NCBI RefSeq assembly: GCF_000315625.1
Contig: NW_005434607.1
Coordinates: 1 to 64,000, forward strand
Origin: Guillardia theta CCMP2712
Taxonomy: Eukaryota; Protista; Cryptophyta
Direction of reading: 5' to 3'
DNA: 64,000 nt
Made by a program: the position numbers and the translations under genes. Each line of letters begins with the position of its first letter. Positions within the stretch are counted from its first letter, which is position 1. Positions 61,701 to 64,000 of this stretch are shown here, piece after piece. The notes beneath the pieces were generated by a model, which saw only the letters and a program-made list of their open reading frames with translations, was not told the DNA's origin and did no database searches.

Positions 61701-64000
61701 CGTTGCTGAGGCGATGCAATGCAGCAACGTCGAGGACGCAGTCCTTGCGGCGGTGACTTGAGTCCCCACTCGACACCACATGGAGTCCTCTCTGAAGTTG
61801 ACTCCTTCTACCTCCACAATCGTGTTGTCTACTCGTGGCACTTGCAAAGGATGGATACCAGAAATGCTCGGAGGCATCGCAAACTCAAAGATCAGGTCAA
61901 GGCTGTCCCTTTCCTCCCGCTCTTGTCCTATTCCAAACTTGACGGCTCCTGGATATTCGACTGCTCGTGTTATGCAATAAGCCTTGTCGCTCTCAACTAC
62001 TTCTGCTTCGACCGCTAGCTGCCCAAACCAGCATAAAGCACCTCTCTGTGGCAAGTCGCTTGCCGACACCTCAACCCGAGTACCACCTCCCAATGGACCA
62101 ATGGTAGGAGTGATCAAGATTGCCCTCGATCTTGGAACAGCCTCAAACACGACATCTCCAACACACTCATCAAGCCCAAACATCGAGACGCTCAGCGTTG
62201 TCGGACCTTCATGGCGTTGGGGAATCGAGCACTTCACCAGACTGGATGACAGCCACTGTCCGGGTTGAGATTGAGATGACGAGGCGTTCAAACGGCAGAC
62301 AAGGTCCTCCACCGACAAGAAATGAGACCCGATCACTGTAATGGATGAGTGAAGTACCCCATTCACATATCCAGAAACCGTCGGGGCTGCTTCGTATGAA
62401 ATGAGTATCTTGTTTGAGAAGCCATCTACTGCAGGTGTGTATATTGATAGCTCATACTTCCCCTGGGGCTGTGGAGAAAGATTGCATGTCACCATCGATC
62501 TGGAGTCTCCCATGACTGCAGTGCTGTCTCCGCCGACCTCGCAGAGGCTTAGTCCAGGCAAGAAATTCTGACCGTATATCGTCACCACTCCTCCTTTGTT
62601 GGATAAAGCTCGCCGAGGTATCACGTTGGATATTTCTGGGACTCCAGCGTCAACAAAAGAGAACGAGCTCGTTACAAGTGATCGCTTGTTTCCTATCAGC
62701 AGCTCGAGATGGACCTCCCCTGCATCATGCGGGGGAGCTGTGCACCTGACCTGAGTGGACGAGATGAGCGACGACTTGACTCTGAGCTGATCAAACACGC
62801 ATTCGATTGAAGCATGCGGAGGGAATACCCCGCTGACGTAGACCGCTGTGCCGCCACTCACGTCTGCCATGGACGGCTGTGCGGTCATCACAGATTCACG
62901 AGAGTGAAACATGATCGTGTATGGCATGCTCTTGTGACTCGAATCCTCTGACTCCAAGGTCAACGACATGTTGCCCACGGCCTTTGTTGGTCGCTCACAC
63001 ACAACTGCCGAGGCCGAAAGCGGCGTCAACCTTGATCGTAGATGCTGATACCCAAACCGGCAGTACTGTAGCAAAGAACCGCTGAACCCCTCGCCAATCA
63101 ACGTGATGAGATCTGTGGCACTATCGCTTTGTGTCGGCTGGACGTTCTTGATGTGTGGGACCTGCTTCAGCAGATACTGCACACTCTCTCCCTGCACCTT
63201 GTCATCCATGCTTCTGATTGTCACTTGGACACCGTCAGCTTGTAATGCCGGGACGACGCAGGTCAAAGATGTAGACGTCAAGACTTGAGCTGGTTCGCTC
63301 GAAGGTGTCTGATCGAACCAGCACGCAAGCCCGGCTTCCGCGAGGAAGTGAGAGCCCAATATCGTCACCATGGACTTCAATGCAGTGGGCCCTTCAGAAG
63401 GAAGCACAGCAGACACCTTCATAGGCTCATACACCAAGAATCCCAGGCCTTGGCTGTGGTGGTTACCGATGTGTACCGAAATGCTCACCAGACCTTGCAA
63501 GACTGGTGGAAGGTAGCATTGCACAACGTCAGACTGAGTGAATGATCCAGGCGTCATGATGCCATTCATCTCACAGGCAGCACTCCCACCGAACGACCAC
63601 CCTTGGTCGTCGAGAAGGACGTTTATCTCAACTCCACCTGCGGAAGGTCCTACGGAGGGGAAAATATTTTTTATCAAATGCATGTTTTCGTTCAGGAAGA
63701 ATGGCCTGGAGAATATTTTTCCATCATTTGAAAGTGTTACAGAGCTGTTTCTTGCAAGGATGTTTGTATGGGTCGAAATTGATAACAATATTGGAGATTT
63801 TTGATGTATCTCATCCTTGCCGAAGATGTGGGATCCAACTTTGCATTTCGAAAGATTTGTTATTAGAAAATTGGATCCCGAAATTTCTAAGAGAACTTTT
63901 CCTGGGGTACTGATGTAGTCGACTGCTACTTGATCTATGCTGGGGATTGGTTCCATGAATGTCACATTCTCTCCGCTGCAGACAGAATCATTGCTGAATA
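49788..64000 (-). CDS. Giant IPT/TIG-repeat protein (>4725 aa), 5' part probably outside the window
   Basis: Single 14-kb ORF of repeated P.i..i.P..gp..GG..vti.G..F.....C.Fg......S.....C..P units (IPT/TIG consensus); stop at 49788 followed by AATAAA (~49765-49760); no evident C-terminal transmembrane helix. Confidence 0.9.
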   Translation of the reverse strand, partial: FSNDSVCSGENVTFMEPIPSIDQVAVDYISTPGKVLLEISGSNFLITNLSKCKVGSHIFGKDEIHQKSPILLSISTHTNILARNSSVTLSNDGKIFSRPFFLNENMHLIKNIFPSVGPSAGGVEINVLLDDQGWSFGGSAACEMNGIMTPGSFTQSDVVQCYLPPVLQGLVSISVHIGNHHSQGLGFLVYEPMKVSAVLPSEGPTALKSMVTILGSHFLAEAGLACWFDQTPSSEPAQVLTSTSLTCVVPALQADGVQVTIRSMDDKVQGESVQYLLKQVPHIKNVQPTQSDSATDLITLIGEGFSGSLLQYCRFGYQHLRSRLTPLSASAVVCERPTKAVGNMSLTLESEDSSHKSMPYTIMFHSRESVMTAQPSMADVSGGTAVYVSGVFPPHASIECVFDQLRVKSSLISSTQVRCTAPPHDAGEVHLELLIGNKRSLVTSSFSFVDAGVPEISNVIPRRALSNKGGVVTIYGQNFLPGLSLCEVGGDSTAVMGDSRSMVTCNLSPQPQGKYELSIYTPAVDGFSNKILISYEAAPTVSGYVNGVLHSSITVIGSHFLSVEDLVCRLNASSSQSQPGQWLSSSLVKCSIPQRHEGPTTLSVSMFGLDECVGDVVFEAVPRSRAILITPTIGPLGGGTRVEVSASDLPQRGALCWFGQLAVEAEVVESDKAYCITRAVEYPGAVKFGIGQEREERDSLDLIFEFAMPPSISGIHPLQVPRVDNTIVEVEGVNFREDSMWCRVGTQVTAARTASSTLLHCIASATREEPRVYVEVSLNGVDFTQDEKVLSFYEALEVHRIEPSCGPESGETPVTLIGRGFEADAGVGCRFGEGSEPSRGRWIAANMISCTTPRHDAGNATLSLILLHSHVVYLDFKFLFVQSPALLEVFPSRVSRLGSQLISLRGIFPPAYKQWKCLFGQQFTHLALVSSSVARCFVPLARQVGISNVSLQFAFDRSSNVMTNSKQIEIFEDTFISGAFPSSGPLDGGTVLTITGTFIVSSSFCRFGDEAGAAFRFLTSTSCSCLSPPHAKGMVQVSVVSKFSQSHGGVWFEYYSRFSLAGIFPTSGSHRGGYPITVLGYFPDAFAVKCRFGETIADLHRVNKTHAITWVPKNALGYVQFTLVQDSQPLKTSVVVFLYTSDQHEWNLVPEYAYSCGGSRLYAVCSGQVDFQFSPYVSCNFDGHRVRTVWMNSTSVSCIFPGGAPKRMQFELLLGDSILSRTHLNVIPTPLLFDIFPNNAPSTGNTKVQIYGIHFVQDDWKCAFTFRFRNGTHTIFTAGTFMSSTALQCLSPKSNVAVSEFRISFVAHELMSDEKIFHHWLPSQDILVNPTQILANAASIVTVTGSINWNADVRVKFAKVQSKRLTQKNQNNSFEVQYALEPVPLISNVSMYVSFNNIDFELTSAKLNLVTANMSQKVPSVELVTCQPSVGFLYESTSVYVHGQNFSMHMTTTCYFGSQNVRASVVNRSLAICHTPILDAPSQVKFSLKSSSSEYIANGGMFPFVQRPRIDQIIPNRTNTKVSTITMIGVGLSSPFLTLKCRMGEIADHEASILSSSMLRCTFVSLNVGENKINLFWREFPSILMEHVLIFQNTYVLSIFPSYGSEQGGSYVTVLGNNFQVESTYRCLFGSFRSKAAYINFTSIQCTVPEGTVGNHSFRVTDGQNELYQTKLNFEFLSEDFRILSIQPSFGFLFRPTLLLLKLSISVSKFKNISCIVRSQQYEASPAPFDSITCQVPNEIEGIFEVSARMDHLSSMNSLKIIVRKPPRVWEISPKVLRSFRPSIVTVIGESFDVSSHRCIVAEKHMMMTVMASSTKLTCVSLSLREGNHSFQVYFSAPSFVSDAFETEWSSQQFSILSISSGNIELVPSSGSAAGGDYVSVVLNVEQHNLQVLFDRTASSCEKKSRLLFVCVTPKHSAGFVTVEVYESSSYPRVMLETLKFEFLQFAARVISLFPSEVCTNDTSLITIFGSSFESQGKCKVGQKFVPTRFVTSSKLVCHIPYVSPSVQAVEYGLNEKDCTSDRHLLKFASFPSMEVMPSVISWSKDLQHDITVRGSNLEMLNNSLCSFQNRRSGIQIISSTTAKCTIYLQRAGNFSFRISHPDERCVLTAAIQIITSSIRFYPTIGPISGGTKILISYDPIIKKKITCRPFHFISRPSSSQIQCLTPMTTTEQTMSIDKILGMENEIHSGNAEFLFVRPPTITNLTPSFCKLQQKTQIQVYGTDFREDSMWCRVGTQVTAARTASSTLLHCIASATREEPKVYVEVSLNGVDFTQDEKVLSFYEAPEVHRIEPSCGPESGETPVTLIGRGFEADAGVGCRFGEGSEPSRGRWIAANMISCTTPRHDAGNATLSLQVLGSWFSTGTSFLFLRGFAVSHLKPRRLFSHQTGSITVFGRGFDYKSEYWCDFRHDEAHPQLAVWLTSTKLACLSPSQTPGEKLLYVSQDGGAMTSELVLEVIAAPEITDVVPSLGVTSVPTRLEVVGSGFQDGFLCCMGTTVLPSSVVSDSKIECTIPATAVPEDLTIGIGMEDTECTEHPSGQVRIMEACSLVSALPDVGSSSGRNESVILTGKGFVKEQDRECWFGAAKSTSLWLSSSLVTCELPPHPAGSVVISLSMQGVKYCESSFNFTYLGEASVQAIRPSAVYETGGTEVTLSGHFMHRVTFELLVGDHAMSCQVQDSDQATCVTPPKLKGVYRLRPSAHSMEINPACVVRYVGLPSVSSIHPTSGPSQGGTRLLLEGEDFEAEMLLCAFARVRVWAEVRSSTVCECVAPASSEGGGRTSLRLVIRDVDYIVGEQSYIYYEPPRIDEIKPSAARVGQEEKITILGRNLDRECGITLGSQRAEVSEYVSSTMVVVLVPGRARSAWQGNMTVGISRNGVDWDTHGFGYEWTSGFVVMRIEPSVGGVDGGDWIRVEGYGYAKEVVNINFGDRQARCNVTSEWEVSCLSPRGEAGQVSVYGEGSRETEGAWFVYHQRVRVEKIWPTSGSALVRTQVTLTFKHLKDVTWISCKVQNSAITTLIISSSSIVCEIPAQQAQQLSISIFESNFFITSFPFKLFDSSTFFQVKPSTFLANQASIMTIFGSNFQEEDWTKCIFGMNRTFHALFLTSSMLQCTVPALSVGNYSVVFKNSYLSVLNSSAIIIERPVKVRHVLPSFGPISEAFIVRVVGDGFSAEKSYQCLVGESKTAAKWISAEMLSCSVPPRNQPAKVPFLVAASSEGFYVPGMLTFVYQDPFALWRVEPSLGSMQGGILVTVVGGFNLQVKGVTCSFGSRRSLSSTLVSSSELICQVPAWPRAVEVTTIHLLAQDVPISTKNLSFQYFPVPQLQSADPSASVAGCSVVFTVHGKNFAFTNRILCKVGEEVLSAVLNKDDEIICNGTLYAIGNQSLSISNNAVEYAESNLTFLVHSEIKISHVLPSYLWMDERINITVYLESSMIDADSVCVIDGQISGIHIISSQAITCLSPRVNHTEIEVYLQVLRTQVKSNSFKLAVMPRITILALSPSLGAVTGGTRISITGNNFTVGPSLQCQFGSIRVPGIAVSSTRITCTSPGSALPIESKVQVVDYIGRYASNDLEFIFHKVVEVHRVFPIFLSAQMDQTFTIFGSNFLSELYFSFEYSSVLKGVVLSDKLAVCNVTFTEGQSELLISTNKQDWSQTGFTISFAQPFKIYSIRPSLGYPHEYFMVTIFGENFNVNNSYTCFVQRIDTAAMMISSSMLLCPLIYDRSANQIQISVSSVNQTSIGNELFYQIQSSPRIFSFVPSKAPVRLNTPITVQGEQFVDSETILCKIDDSESPGYFVSTSLIICIARRNSPGMFTLTIDFNVSSTSDSPIFVFEDAAHSYNYSQDSLKHFRDRYSSLLSVRISGVFPTMGSTEGGQTLTIAGSFTRSDSLVVFFDDFKANLDFVSSTAMSCRNPKHREGLVSIRVSFDNFEPTRKIGTFRYLQVCQMQLLSQQNVFAEKAHEIFVFGKFFDDSTVFKVSEQQVMSEMVSSTMASLHVPPLSYGMVLISCSTASLDSNIKLPVYVRTPLKILKISPTQAFIGEPIQVRMLLDYLPYEDTFHCQWGTTRCRFIKEDVHLATCACPLASAPGSYEISITSWDFHLISSSVAQFKYDKSRFLAEPSKSSTTGGQVVTISGLLPLGLLYCKFDQNVALALRLTASQMSCQTPSHAPALVKLAVLSGDTILSSVPFLYLSDQFVISLLPSLGPSQGQTPISVIGSLFNPDIHYSCVFTSQRDSDLITSSEASNHVAAYPQTSTLIVCNSPPHQTQAVFVYLSGSERVIQQDNMFIFYDAEISSLRPTLVKEHGGTRISVQGGDFPEALSLMCKFSDTLVSATWISISMLVCDSPALSEGSKQLFVTINGLDFISASSQIATFKDPTLLACSLTTFADGSASVAVVGRFFTESMFCKLGEYVSTLSEFVSSSSVLCGLPAAVIGDRANASLQLSGNGVDFSSGCPLKLNATSNNESWQHRWLLSMDTKGTVGTPSVQDFRRLISDVFKYEQQQDECQESPTRLSLMFDLVNPLTGNDSAVLCDPFSASLMTANPPVSLHLALANVRAVDSISQTPCASVQLSQEQVAVTGALSVSSQKWISAVNSDVEHGEVCVVAQLDGKQVQHCRNLRVLRIKQIILDGTKCTPSRAAQRHDLTLQPFVPVCAPVLITSEPSAHLLLHCLTSARFHLMAEASLNVTTFGMFSLSRANRELRFHLYTHVQNLHVSRTDMIESFPATVELEK
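56944..57328. repeat. 385-bp near-identical copy of 61414-61798 inside the IPT gene
   Basis: Offset 4470 bp; 2 mismatches seen by eye (near 57142/61612 and 57217/61687). Confidence 0.92.

Noticed and set aside
1-64000. tRNA, rRNA, transposase or reverse transcriptase genes
   Set aside because: No recognisable signature seen by eye; tRNAscan/Rfam and repeat-library searches would be needed to exclude them.

Overview
Eukaryotic, intron-containing, gene-dense DNA from a draft assembly with several N-gaps. Short ~45-60 nt introns with CTGAC-like branch sites, GA/CT microsatellite-rich spacers and a bipartite plastid-targeting leader suggest a cryptophyte alga such as Guillardia theta (inference). 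Left to right: two related minus-strand genes that each combine a tandem-repeat array, a degenerate tyrosine-kinase-like domain and an E3-ligase domain (U-box/TKL/ARM; ankyrin+WD40/TKL/RING) and share an upstream sequence block; an AT-rich Cys-rich ORF between them; a probably plastid-targeted NFACT-N/FbpA-like gene; an unknown gene; a myosin with IQ, helical, coiled-coil and PH tail but no visible N-terminal subdomain; RPN12; a RIN13-like Zn-domain/DEK-C gene; a microsatellite-inflated PlsB/GPAT-family gene with substituted catalytic residues; an orphan GH77-like exon; a bHLH-PAS factor; a secreted Cys-rich protein; an Hpc2/ubinuclein-like gene; a putative mitochondrial HExxH protein; TsaD/Qri7; and a >4700-aa uninterrupted IPT/TIG-repeat ORF that is a compositional mosaic with a 385-bp near-perfect internal duplication. 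The strongest candidate for an undescribed system is the modular repeat-sensor/pseudokinase/E3 pair. All family calls come from motif recognition; no searches were run.
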